Position numbers and translations under genes: made by a program. The notes under the pieces are model-generated. The model did no database searches. It worked only from the letters and a program-made list of their open reading frames with translations, and was not told where the DNA came from. Positions 27,822 to 39,779 of a stretch of DNA of 64,000 nt are shown piece after piece. How positions within the stretch are numbered: position 1 is the stretch's first letter; the number at the start of each line of letters is the position of its first letter. The stretch is from an uncultured delta proteobacterium (lineage in GTDB: Bacteria; Myxococcota; Myxococcia; Myxococcales; Anaeromyxobacteraceae): assembly GCA_963845515.1 (NCBI GenBank), contig CAWJSR010000002.1:32001-96000 (forward strand), read 5' to 3'.

Positions 27822-28519
27822 GCCACCCTCGCTGCGCCGTCCTTCTCGATCAGGCCGTCGCGGATGTGGACGTGGCGAACCACGCGGGCCATCAGCTTCT
27901 CGTCGTGCGTCGAGAAGAGGAAGGTGACCTTCCGCTTCTCGTTCAGCTCGACCATCAGGTCGAGGATCCGCGCGGCCGTCTCGGAGTCGAGGTTGGCGGT
28001 CGGCTCGTCGGCGAGGACGAGGATCGGGCGCGTGACGAGCGCCCGGGCGATGGCCACGCGCTGGCGCTGCCCGCCGGAGAGCTTGTCCGGCGGGTGGCGG
28101 GCGAAGTCGGCGAGCCCGACGTCGGCGAGCGCCTGCGCGACGCGCTCGCGCCGCTCCCCCACCGGGAGCTTCTCGTGGACGAGGAGCGGCAGCTCGACGT
28201 TCTCCTGCACGTCGAGGACCGGCACCAGGTTGAAGGACTGGAAGATGAAGCCGATGCGGCGGTTGCGCAGCCGGCTGCGGTCGTCGTCGGAGAGCTTCGC
28301 GACGTCCACCCCCTCCACCCAGACCTTGCCGGTGTCGGGCTCGTCGATGCATCCGACGAGGTTGAGGAGCGTGCTCTTGCCCGAGCCGGAGGGGCCGACG
28401 AGCGCGGTGAACTCGCCGGGGTGGAGGTCGAGCGACACGCCGCGGAGGGCGGGGACGGTGGTCTCGCCGAGCTGGTAGGTCCGGGTCACGTTCTCGAGCC
28501 TGATCAGTGCTTCGGGCAT
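27818..28519 (-). CDS. ABC transporter ATP-binding protein (LolD/MacB-like)
   Basis: GPSGSGKST, IGFIFQSFNL, LSGGQRQRVAIARAL, ADEPTANLD, STHD. Confidence 0.92.
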   Translation of the reverse strand: MPEALIRLENVTRTYQLGETTVPALRGVSLDLHPGEFTALVGPSGSGKSTLLNLVGCIDEPDTGKVWVEGVDVAKLSDDDRSRLRNRRIGFIFQSFNLVPVLDVQENVELPLLVHEKLPVGERRERVAQALADVGLADFARHPPDKLSGGQRQRVAIARALVTRPILVLADEPTANLDSETAARILDLMVELNEKRKVTFLFSTHDEKLMARVVRHVHIRDGLIEKDGAARVA

Positions 28520-28538
28520 TGAAGCCTCCTGAGTGAAG

Positions 28539-29864
28539 TCACCAGTTGACCGTCGCGCCTGCGGCGAAGGTTGCGCGCGTAAGGCGCGAGAGGGCACCGT
28601 CGGCAGGTCCGTGGGTCGCCGAGAGTGAAGCGAACGCTACGACCGAGTCCGTGGCGTCGTAACTCCCAGTGACGAAGGCGACGCCCGAGCCGTCGGTCAG
28701 CGAGCGCAGGTACCGGGCCTGGATCCGCGTCCGCTCCTGCGGCGGGAGGTCGGGGAGCGAGAGCGAGGCGTAGAGGAGGTGGCGCCCCAGTAGCTCGAAG
28801 CCCGGCGCGAGGAAGGGGTCGAGCCCCGAGCGGTCCCCGGTCGTGAGCAGCGACGCGGCAGCGGCCTGCTCGGCGAGCGCGAGCTGATCGTCGGTCCAGC
28901 CCGCCTCGTCGAAGAGGTACTCGACCCTCAGGTCGTTCCCGTTCTCGAACGAGTAACGGAGCCCGCCGAGCGCCGTCGTCCGGAGCCCACGCGTCTCCAT
29001 GCCAGTCTGCTCGAAGACCGGGGCGAGCGGCGTCTCCACCGGATACCAGGCGTGCCGGCCCACCGTGTGGACGGCGTCGGCGTAGGCCGAGAGGCCGGCG
29101 AACAGGGGGACCGTGGCGTACTCTCCGAACCACCCGCGCGAGAGCGCGGCCGCGCCGGCCGTGATGGCCGCGGAGAGATCGCCAGCGGGCGCGGTGTACT
29201 CCAGCTTCGCCTGCGCCTTCCGCTCGAAGGGCGCGAGCGCCACGAACGCGTCCTCCCCGTTGTCTCCGACCTCGGCGAGGACGACGAGGGACCAGGCCCG
29301 GCCGGCGGAGACGTTGGCGCGCACGAGGTGGCGGCCGCGGACCACGTAGACTGGATCCCGGTAGAACCCGGACGCGTGGAAGATCCGGTTGGAGGGGCTC
29401 ACCAGCTCGGCCGGCCCCCACTGGAAGTTCTGGAGCCCGTAGGAGACGGAGAGCCGATCGGAGACGCGCCACGCGGCGTACCCCTCGATCCACCCGGCGG
29501 TCGCCTCGTACTGCTCCGGCTGCCAGCCGGCGGAGGTCTCCGCCTTCTGGACCTTCAGGAGGAAGCGCGGCCTCGCGATGGCCGTCAGCGCGGCGCCGAC
29601 CTCGAGCCGGAGGTCGGGGCGCAGCTCGGTCTGGACGCCGCCCGCCGGGACCTTCAGGATCGCGTTGCCGGGGTTGACGGGGGAGGCGCGCGCAGAGGCG
29701 CCGCCGACGGCGGTGATCCACTCGAGGTGGCCGCGGAAGGCGAGGGACGGCGTCGCCTCGTCGGGGGCGGGCTCGGCGACCGCGACGGGCGCTGCGTCGA
29801 CGGCCGGCTCCGCGACAAGCTCGGACCCGGCGGCGAGCAGCGCGGCGAGGAGGGACGGGATCAC
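28539..29864 (-). CDS. putative outer-membrane beta-barrel protein
   Basis: Signal peptide, amphipathic strands, YGLQNFQWG, C-terminal ATVNW. Confidence 0.6.
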   Translation of the reverse strand: MIPSLLAALLAAGSELVAEPAVDAAPVAVAEPAPDEATPSLAFRGHLEWITAVGGASARASPVNPGNAILKVPAGGVQTELRPDLRLEVGAALTAIARPRFLLKVQKAETSAGWQPEQYEATAGWIEGYAAWRVSDRLSVSYGLQNFQWGPAELVSPSNRIFHASGFYRDPVYVVRGRHLVRANVSAGRAWSLVVLAEVGDNGEDAFVALAPFERKAQAKLEYTAPAGDLSAAITAGAAALSRGWFGEYATVPLFAGLSAYADAVHTVGRHAWYPVETPLAPVFEQTGMETRGLRTTALGGLRYSFENGNDLRVEYLFDEAGWTDDQLALAEQAAAASLLTTGDRSGLDPFLAPGFELLGRHLLYASLSLPDLPPQERTRIQARYLRSLTDGSGVAFVTGSYDATDSVVAFASLSATHGPADGALSRLTRATFAAGATVNW

Positions 29865-31231
29865 GCGGTCGCCTCCTTCTTCCGGGCTGAGCGGCGCCGC
29901 GCCCCCGGTGGCTCGCTCTCCTTCGGCGCCTCCCAGGCGGGCGCGGTCTTCGTCTCCACCAGCTCGCGCATGATGTCCCCCCAGGGCGCCTCCGCGCCGA
30001 GGTCGGCGAGCAGCGCGAGCCGGCCAAAGGCGGCGCGGTTGATCATGAGCGAGTCGGGAGGCATCGACTGCCGCATCGCGTTGGGGTTCCTGTAGAAGTT
30101 GTTGGCGTAGAGCTCGTCCATGAAGCGGCGCGTGATCTGGAAGGGGCCCCGCGACGCGTAGATGCCGTGCGCGTGGGCCATCGTGCGCCACCCCTGCTCC
30201 CAATCGAACCGCCGCGGGTTGGGGACGAAGCCCAGCTCCGTGAAGCAACGCCGGAACACGACACGATCCCCGTCGAGGATGGCGCGCACGAGCTGCTTCC
30301 AGAGATCGATCTTGGCCGGGTCGGCGCGGTGGACGCAGCCGAAGTCGAGGAAGGTGACCGTCCCGTCCTCCGCGAAGAGGTAGTTCCCTGGCTGGGGGTC
30401 GCCGTTGCAGACGCAGCGGACGAAGCAGGTCTCGAGGCCGGCGCGGAAGATGGCCTCTCCGGCGCGGTCTCGCGCCTCCTTCGAGGCGCTCGCCTTGAAC
30501 CCCCGGTAGTCGAGTCCCTCCACGAACACCATGGAGAGGACCCGCCGCGCCGAGCGCGCCGGAAGGAGGGCGGGGACGGCCGTGAACGGCACCGGCGCGA
30601 GCAGCCGGGCGAAGAGCCGCTGGTTGGCCGCCTCCTGACGGTAGTCGCACTCCTCGCCGATCCGCGCCCGGAGCTCCGTGAGGAGACCGCGAAGGTCCAG
30701 GGGGACGCCGAGGGTACCGAGCCGGAGCAGCGGTCGGAGGAGCGCGAAGTCCTCCCGGATCGCCTCCTCGATCCCGGGGTACTGCACCTTCACCGCCAGG
30801 TCGCGCCCATCGAGCCGGGCGCGGTGGACCTGCCCGATGGAGGCGACCGCGACCGGACGACGCTCGAAGCGCTCGAAGAGCTGGTCGGGCGCGCCGCCGA
30901 GGTCGGCCTTCACGACCTTCGCGATCTCCTCGTAGGCGAAGGCAGCGCTCCCATCCTGAAGCCGCCCGAGCAGCTCCCGCGCCGCGTCGGGCTCCCGCGC
31001 GGGCAGGAAGCTCGCCAGCTGCCCGACCTTCATGAAGAGCCCCTTGAAGGAGCCGAGGTCCTCGACGAGGCTCGCGGCGGACACGAGCGCCGCCGTGGCG
31101 TCTGGCGGCGCGGTCCGACCCGCCATCCGGAGGAGGTGCTGCCAGCCCGCCCTCGCCGCGATCTTCGCCGTGGGGAGCACCCGGCGGCGCAGTCCGCGCG
31201 GCAGCTCGATCAGCTCTCGATCCCGCTTCAT
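29861..31231 (-). CDS. ABC1/UbiB (AarF) family atypical kinase
   Basis: KGLFMKVGQ (KxGQ), ASIGQVH, AVKVQYPG, E.DY..EA.N, NGDPQPGN, LDFGC. Confidence 0.88.
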   Translation of the reverse strand: MKRDRELIELPRGLRRRVLPTAKIAARAGWQHLLRMAGRTAPPDATAALVSAASLVEDLGSFKGLFMKVGQLASFLPAREPDAARELLGRLQDGSAAFAYEEIAKVVKADLGGAPDQLFERFERRPVAVASIGQVHRARLDGRDLAVKVQYPGIEEAIREDFALLRPLLRLGTLGVPLDLRGLLTELRARIGEECDYRQEAANQRLFARLLAPVPFTAVPALLPARSARRVLSMVFVEGLDYRGFKASASKEARDRAGEAIFRAGLETCFVRCVCNGDPQPGNYLFAEDGTVTFLDFGCVHRADPAKIDLWKQLVRAILDGDRVVFRRCFTELGFVPNPRRFDWEQGWRTMAHAHGIYASRGPFQITRRFMDELYANNFYRNPNAMRQSMPPDSLMINRAAFGRLALLADLGAEAPWGDIMRELVETKTAPAWEAPKESEPPGARRRSARKKEATA

Positions 31232-31882
31232 GCGCGCTTCCCCCTCCCGATCCCGGTCATCAGCAGCTCGAGCTGGGCCTCCACCTGCACCAGCGTCAGC
31301 TCGGGCGACGGGATCACCCCGTTGAACCAGGCGATGAGCCCGAGCATGTAGAGCGAGACGGCCTGGGTCGCCGCCTGCATGGCGTCCACCGACGCGCGGA
31401 CCTCCCGCTTCGACTTCGCGTCGGCCACCACCTCCGCGAGCCGGAGGACGAAGGCCATGGTGAAGGACATCATGGGATACGCCTCCCCCTCCTCCTGGAA
31501 GATCAACTCCTTGAGGAAGACGCGGGAGAGGCGAGGGGTGCGGCCGTAGTAGCGGTAGAAGCGGCCGAAGACGTGCGTCAAGCGCGCGACGAGGGGCGCG
31601 TCCTTCGGCTCGGTCGCGAAGGCCTCCTCCTGGACGGCCGTGAATCTCTTCCTGGAAGAGGTGGAAGAGCAGGTCGCGCTTCTCGCGGAAGTAGAGGAAG
31701 AAGGTCCCCGACGCGACCCCCGCCTTCGCGGCGATGGCGCGCGTGGTCGTCTCCTCGAAGCCCTTCACGAGGAACAGTGAGCGGCCGGCGCGGACGAGGG
31801 CGTCGCGCTTCTTCTCCTTGTTCCGCTCGCGGAGCCCCGCCTCGGAGGAGGCTCTTTTATGACCTCGCTCATTTCTGAGCAT
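31228..31882 (-). CDS. TetR family transcriptional regulator, frameshift near 31638
   Basis: GLRERNK..KR..L..AG..LF..KGFEETTTRAIA..AGVASGTFFLYFREKRDL; C-terminal half in ORF 31228-31581. Confidence 0.82.
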
Positions 31883-31887
31883 GGTCA
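31860..31887. promoter_or_regulatory. putative TetR operator (inverted repeat overlapping the tetR start)
   Basis: TGACCtcGCTCA-tttc-TGAGCatGGTCA, 10 of 12 symmetric; minus-strand TTGACC (31917-31912)-17-TAGAAA (31894-31889) just upstream. Confidence 0.6.
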
Positions 31888-31920
31888 GTTTCTAGGGGAT
31901 CCTTCGCTTGCGGTCAAGGG

Positions 31921-31973
31921 CGGAGTGCCCCCTGACCCTGCGCTCCCCGGTGGGGTAACGGGGGCGCACTCCG
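31921..31973. terminator. possible stem-loop downstream of ABC-2 permease genes
   Basis: cggagtgcccc ... ggggcgcactccg inverted repeat; no U-tract. Confidence 0.3.
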
Positions 31974-31977
31974 GGGG

Positions 31978-32766
31978 CTACGAGCTCGCCGAGGTGTAGT
32001 GGCCGATCGAGCGGAGCCAGACCGCGCGCGACGCGACGGCGAAGAGGAGCGCGACGCCGATCGCCTCCGCCAGGAGGCGCCCATCCAGCTTCCCGAGCAG
32101 CGCCAGCGCCGGGTAGGTGGTCATGAGCGCCAGCGGGATCACGAACGTGAAGAGGATGCGCAGCACGCCACGGAAGACCGAGACCGGCCAGCGCGCCGCG
32201 TCGTAGATCGACGCGAAGAGGAACGAGAGGTTGTCGACCTTCACGACGAAGAACGCGGCGCTCACCACCAGGATCCAGAGCGAGTAGAGGACGAGCGTGG
32301 CGCACGCGAACAGGACCAGCGCCAGCCCCACGTCGGCGGGGGACGGGAGCCGCCCCATCCGGTGGAAGGCGACCGCGAAGACGGCGAGCCCGCCGAGGAC
32401 GTCCGCGGCGCGCCAGGGGGCGAAGCGGCTCGTCGAGACGAGGAACTGGGCGTCGGCGGGCTTCAGCAGGATGAAGTCGAGCGTCCCCTTCCGGATCGCG
32501 TCGACGACCGACGAGAGCGACGGGTTGACCGCGCCTTCCAGCACGCCCTTCATCAGGGTGAACCAGCCGACGACCACCAGCGCCTCCTCGAAGGTCCAGC
32601 CGGCGATCGCGCCGCGCCCACGGAAGACGACGAGGATCGGGACGATCGACCAGGTGGTCCAGAAGAGGGCGAGGACCCCGCCCACCAGGAACTCGACGCG
32701 GTACTGCATCGCCGCGACGGTGGAGGCCCGGAGCTGGACGCCGAGGAGCCGCAGGTAACGGAGCAC
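31978..32766 (-). CDS. ABC-2 family (DUF990-like) permease
   Basis: AMQYRVEF, IAGWTF.E, IRKGTLDFILLKP, ARWPVSVF, TFVIPLA. Confidence 0.85.
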   Translation of the reverse strand: MLRYLRLLGVQLRASTVAAMQYRVEFLVGGVLALFWTTWSIVPILVVFRGRGAIAGWTFEEALVVVGWFTLMKGVLEGAVNPSLSSVVDAIRKGTLDFILLKPADAQFLVSTSRFAPWRAADVLGGLAVFAVAFHRMGRLPSPADVGLALVLFACATLVLYSLWILVVSAAFFVVKVDNLSFLFASIYDAARWPVSVFRGVLRILFTFVIPLALMTTYPALALLGKLDGRLLAEAIGVALLFAVASRAVWLRSIGHYTSASS

Positions 32767-32771
32767 GGACG

Positions 32772-33569
32772 CTAGCCTCCGACCGACGAGAAGCGGCGCA
32801 CGCCCGCGCGCCAGGTGATCCGGGTCCCGGCGAGCAGGACCGCGATGAAGGCCAGCTGGGCCAGGAGGTCGCGCAGCACCTCGGGGCGGGTGAGCGTCCC
32901 CGTCACCAGCTCGACCGGGAAGGCGAGCGTGTAGCGGAACGGCAGCCAGCGGGCCAGCGCCCCCACCCACGGCGGGTAGAGCTCCAGCGGCACCAGGTAG
33001 CCGGCGAAGATCCCGAAGAGCCCGAGCCAGATCTCGAAGAGCGAGGTGGCCGACTCGAACCAGAAGGCGAGCGAGCCGATGATCGACATGGCGAGGAAGG
33101 TGATCACCCAGGCGCCCAGGATGGTCACCGGGAAGAGGGCGAGCAGGAGCGGGTCGCGCGTCACGCCCTCGCCGGCCGCCGTGAGGAGCAGCAGCAGCGC
33201 GACCGGCAGGACCACCAGGAGCCGAACGGGGAGCGCCGCCACGTTCTGGCACGCGTAGCCGAGCAGGGGGTGGATCGGGCGCAGGAGCTTGAAGGCGAGC
33301 GTCCCCTGCCTGATCTCGGCGTTCAGCTCCCAGACCACCCAGGCGCCCGTGAGCATCCTGACGACGAGCGTCGCGAGGTAGTAGGCGACGAACTCGCGCT
33401 GGCCGAACCGGCCGACCGGCGCCTCGCGCGCCACCGCCGACCAGAGGGCCAGCATGACGAGCGGCATGTTGGTGGAGAGCAGCCAGACCAGGAACTCGGC
33501 GCGATAGGCGACCGCCTCGGCGAAGCCGACCTTGAGGAGCGTGGGCAGGGCTCGAAGGATCCGTGACAT
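32772..33569 (-). CDS. ABC-2 family (DUF990-like) permease
   Basis: AVAYRAEF, EIRQGTLAFKLLRP, GYLVPLELYPPW, LPFRY...PVE. Confidence 0.85.
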   Translation of the reverse strand: MSRILRALPTLLKVGFAEAVAYRAEFLVWLLSTNMPLVMLALWSAVAREAPVGRFGQREFVAYYLATLVVRMLTGAWVVWELNAEIRQGTLAFKLLRPIHPLLGYACQNVAALPVRLLVVLPVALLLLLTAAGEGVTRDPLLLALFPVTILGAWVITFLAMSIIGSLAFWFESATSLFEIWLGLFGIFAGYLVPLELYPPWVGALARWLPFRYTLAFPVELVTGTLTRPEVLRDLLAQLAFIAVLLAGTRITWRAGVRRFSSVGG

Positions 33570-33639
33570 CTCCCGGCAAGGTAGTCGATCTTGGTGGAGC
33601 CCTCATGGAACAATGCGGGCCGGACGAGGATCCGCCTCC

Positions 33640-35304
33640 ATGCCGGACCGCGACTTACCCGACAGCGCAGCCCCCGCGGGGGAGAGAGCACTCGAAGCGC
33701 TCCGCGCCGCTGTGGAGGGGACCGCGCGCGCGTCCGGCGAGGCGCTCTTCCCCGCCCTCTGCCAGGCGCTGTGCGACGCCCTCGCCGTCCCGCACGCGCT
33801 GGTGAGCGAGGTGCACGCGGAGGGGCGCCGCGTCCAGGTGCTCGCTGCCTGCTGGGACGGGGCTCACGCCGAGCCGTTCGCGTACTCGCTCCGCGGCACC
33901 CCGTGCGGCGTCGCCTTCGAGCGCGGCGAGACGACCTTCTTCCCGACCGGAGTGGCGGCCCGCTTCCCGGAGGACCTGGCGCTCGCGCGCCGGGGGATCG
34001 ACGCCTACCTGGGCACGCCGCTCTTCGACTCGGGCGGGCAGAAGATCGGGGTGCTCTGCGTCATGAGCGCCGGGCCGATGGACCTCTCCCGCGGACCGCG
34101 GGCGATCCTGGAGATCTTCGCCGCGCGCGCGGCCAGCGAGATCGAGCGGCTCCGGCTCCAGGGGCAGCTGATGCGCTCGCAGCGGCTGGAGGGGATGGGG
34201 AGGCTCGCCGCGGGCGTCGCCCACGACTTCAACAACCTCCTCACCGTCATCCTCTCCAACGCGGAGTTCGCCTACGCCGCGCTGCCTGCCGGCAGCCCGG
34301 TGCGCGACTTCATCGCGCCCATCCACGACGCGTCGCACCGCGCGACCGGGCTGACGCGCCAGCTCCTCGCCTTCTCGCGACGCCAGCCGATGGCTCCCGA
34401 AGTCGTGGTGCTTCACACGGAGCTCGACGGCGTCCTGAGGCTGCTGGAGCGGCTGCTGGGGAGCCGGGTCGTGCTTGAGCGGCGGCTCGACGAGACGTGG
34501 CCGATCCGGATCGACCCCGGCCAGCTCGAGCAGGTGCTCGTCAACCTCGCCGTGAACGCGCGGGACGCGATGCCAGCGGGCGGCAGGGTGACGATCCGGA
34601 CGAAGGACGAGCAGGTCGACCGGGCGCGCGCAGCGCAGCTGGCGATCGCGCCTGGAGACTGGGTCCACGTCGCCGTCTCCGATCAGGGGATGGGGATGGA
34701 CGACGAGACCCGCGCCCGCTGCTTCGAGCCCTTCTTCTCGACCAAGGGGGACCGCGGGACGGGGCTCGGGCTCGCCACCTGCCACGGCATCGTCCGGCAG
34801 GCCGGCGGCCAGATCTGGGTGGAGAGCACGCCGGGCGCGGGGACGACCTTCCACTTGCTCCTGCCGCGCCACCTCGGCCCGGCGCCGGCCGCGCGGCGTC
34901 CTGCGCCCAGCCGCGTCGAGGCCGCAGGGGGACGCGGGGAGACGGTCCTCGTCGCGGACGACGACCTGACGGTGCAGGAGGTCGCGCGCCGGGCGCTGGA
35001 GCAGTCGGGCTACCGCGTGCTCGCGGCCCGGACCGGCGCCGACGCGCTGCGGGTCGCCGGGGAGCACGAGGGCAAGATCCACGCGCTGGTCACCGACCTG
35101 GCGATGCCCGGCATGAGCGGGCCGGAGCTCTCGGCTCAGGCGCGCGTGGACCGGCCTGACCTCAAGGTGCTCTTCGTCTCGGGCTTCGCCGACGAGGCGA
35201 CGCTGCGGGGGCTGGAGAAGGCCGGCGACCCGATCCTGATGAAGCCGTACACCCCGGGCGAGCTGGCCGGACGGATGAGGGAGCTGCTCGGGCAGGCGCC
35301 CTAG
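33640..35304 (+). CDS. hybrid sensor histidine kinase (GAF-HisKA-HATPase-REC)
   Basis: GTPC GAF, LAAGVAHDFNNLL, NLAVNARDAM, FEPFFSTK, GTGLGL, VLVADDD..TDLAMP..KPY. Confidence 0.9.
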   Translation: MPDRDLPDSAAPAGERALEALRAAVEGTARASGEALFPALCQALCDALAVPHALVSEVHAEGRRVQVLAACWDGAHAEPFAYSLRGTPCGVAFERGETTFFPTGVAARFPEDLALARRGIDAYLGTPLFDSGGQKIGVLCVMSAGPMDLSRGPRAILEIFAARAASEIERLRLQGQLMRSQRLEGMGRLAAGVAHDFNNLLTVILSNAEFAYAALPAGSPVRDFIAPIHDASHRATGLTRQLLAFSRRQPMAPEVVVLHTELDGVLRLLERLLGSRVVLERRLDETWPIRIDPGQLEQVLVNLAVNARDAMPAGGRVTIRTKDEQVDRARAAQLAIAPGDWVHVAVSDQGMGMDDETRARCFEPFFSTKGDRGTGLGLATCHGIVRQAGGQIWVESTPGAGTTFHLLLPRHLGPAPAARRPAPSRVEAAGGRGETVLVADDDLTVQEVARRALEQSGYRVLAARTGADALRVAGEHEGKIHALVTDLAMPGMSGPELSAQARVDRPDLKVLFVSGFADEATLRGLEKAGDPILMKPYTPGELAGRMRELLGQAP

Positions 35305-35353
35305 GCCGCCCGCCGCGACGAGAGGAGCGCCACGCTTCCGGTCGCTCGACCTG

Positions 35354-36352
35354 TCACATCTCCGGCTTGGTCTCCCGCAGCATCAGCTCCGTGACCGCGT
35401 CGCGCGGCGAGAGCCCCTCGTAGAGGATCCGGTAGACCGTCTCGGTGATCGGCATCTCGATCTCCAGCTTCTTCGCGAGGTCCCGCACGCTCTTCGCGTT
35501 GCGGACCCCCTCGGCCACCTGCCCCAGCTCCGCCTGGATCGCCTCGACCGTCTTGCCGGCTGCGAGCCCGCGCCCCACCGTCCGGTTTCGCGAGAGGTCG
35601 GAGGTGCAGGTGAGGACGAGGTCGCCGAGCCCGGAGAGGCCGGAGAGCGTGAGCGGGTTCGCCCCCTTGCGGACGGCGAGGCGGGAGATCTCGGCGAGGC
35701 CGCGGGTGATGAGCGCGGCGACCGAGTTGGCGCCGAAGCCGAGCCCGTCGGCGATGCCGGCGGAGATGGCGACGACGTTCTTCACGCAGCCGCCCACCTC
35801 GCAGCCCACGACGTCGCCGGAGGTGTACGGGCGGAACGTCTTCGTGTGGAAGGCCTGCTGGGCCTGGCGCGCGATCCGCTCCCAGTGGGCTGCGATCGTG
35901 ATCGCCGTGGGCAACCCCTTCGCGACCTCCTTTGCGAAGGACGGGCCGGAGAGGACGAGCAGGTATGGGTGCAGCGGGACGGGGAGGACGTCCTCGAGCA
36001 CCTCGCTCATGGTCATGAGCGACTCGAGCTCGATCCCCTTCGCGACGTTCACGATCGGCATGCCGGCGTGGACGTGGCGCTTCATCTCGATCGCCACCGG
36101 CCGCACGGCGTGCGACGGGACGGCGATGACCACCAGCTCCGCCCCCTCCAGCGCCTTGGCGATGTCGGCGTGGGCGTGGAACTTCGCGGGGAGGCTGACC
36201 CCCGGGAGGTAGCGCTCGTTCTGATGCCTCTTCGCGATGTCCTCCAGGACGGCGACGTCCTTGTCCCACGCAGTGACGGTGTAGCCCTTCCCTGCGAGGA
36301 GGGCGCCGAGTGCGGTTCCCCAGGAACCGGCTCCGAGAACGGTGCATCGCAT
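35354..36352 (-). CDS. gpsA: NAD(P)H-dependent glycerol-3-phosphate dehydrogenase
   Basis: [44 protein letters not shown]. Confidence 0.95.
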   Translation of the reverse strand: MRCTVLGAGSWGTALGALLAGKGYTVTAWDKDVAVLEDIAKRHQNERYLPGVSLPAKFHAHADIAKALEGAELVVIAVPSHAVRPVAIEMKRHVHAGMPIVNVAKGIELESLMTMSEVLEDVLPVPLHPYLLVLSGPSFAKEVAKGLPTAITIAAHWERIARQAQQAFHTKTFRPYTSGDVVGCEVGGCVKNVVAISAGIADGLGFGANSVAALITRGLAEISRLAVRKGANPLTLSGLSGLGDLVLTCTSDLSRNRTVGRGLAAGKTVEAIQAELGQVAEGVRNAKSVRDLAKKLEIEMPITETVYRILYEGLSPRDAVTELMLRETKPEM

Positions 36353-36452
36353 GTGGTTCACCTCTTGGAGGCATCCTAGACGACGTGCCGCCTTTCCGAA
36401 ACAGCGGGCCCCACGGGCTTGCCAGGGCTGAACGCAGTCTTACGTTGCATTC

Positions 36453-39074
<2,622 letters not shown>

Positions 39075-39107
39075 CGGAGCTGAACGGCCGGGTGGATAGG
39101 TACGACG

Positions 39108-39147
39108 CCCCCTCACCCAGCCTCTCCCCCGCGGGGGCGGGGGAGAG
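39108..39147. repeat. REP-like palindrome between convergent clpB and doxX
   Basis: cccctcacccagcctctcccccgcgggggcggggagagg, same family as 4009-4143. Confidence 0.75.
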
Positions 39148-39175
39148 GTGCATCCACAGGGGAGCCGCCGGGACG

Positions 39176-39670
39176 TCAGGCGTGCGCGGCGTGATGGCGC
39201 TGCCACGGCGGGCGCAGCCGGCTCTGTGGCTTGAAGAGCCGCTCCTCCAGCGCCAGCGGCCCGGCGCCGCCGATGAAGAGGGCGGCGAGCGCAGCCAGGT
39301 AGAGCAGGTTCAGCTCCACGCCTGCCATGCCGAACACCGGGGCGCCATCGGGGGTCGTGCCGGTGATCTGGATCGCGCCGAAGCCGTGCGCCAGGTGCAC
39401 GGTGAACATGGCGACGAGCATGTCGATGCCGAGGAGCACGGCAGCCTCGGCAGTGAAGAGGCCGATGATGAGCGCGACCCCGCCGAAGAACTCCACGAGG
39501 CCGACCACCCACGCCATCAGCGCCGGGAACGGAACGGCGATCTGAGCGAGCATGCTCACGAAGCCTTCGTGCCCCGCCGCGGTCAGCTTCGGAGCCCCGT
39601 GGACGATGAAGCCGATGCCTATCAGGATGCGAAGCGGAAGCGGCCACCAGACCTGCAGCTTGCCTTCCAT
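39176..39670 (-). CDS. DoxX family membrane protein
   Basis: LRILIG..FIVHG..K, EFFGG..L..GL, GVELNLL, GAGPLALE; SD aggagg. Confidence 0.88.
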   Translation of the reverse strand: MEGKLQVWWPLPLRILIGIGFIVHGAPKLTAAGHEGFVSMLAQIAVPFPALMAWVVGLVEFFGGVALIIGLFTAEAAVLLGIDMLVAMFTVHLAHGFGAIQITGTTPDGAPVFGMAGVELNLLYLAALAALFIGGAGPLALEERLFKPQSRLRPPWQRHHAAHA

Positions 39671-39779
39671 GACTGACCTCCTGGCGGCACCCAGGGAGAA
39701 CGTGCCGCCACATCGGCGCAGATAATGCCGGCCCGATGCGCTGCAATTGACCCTCGGGGCCGGGCAAACGGCCTGTTGC

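Noticed and set aside
29861..31882. Apparent TetR-ABC1 kinase fusion (673 aa)
   Set aside because: Caused by the frameshift near 31638. The TetR C-terminal half sits in another frame and ends at 31228, overlapping the kinase ATG.
36360..36452. Heat-shock operator upstream of clpB
   Set aside because: No CIRCE (TTAGCACTC-N9-GAGTGCTAA) or other convincing operator is visible.
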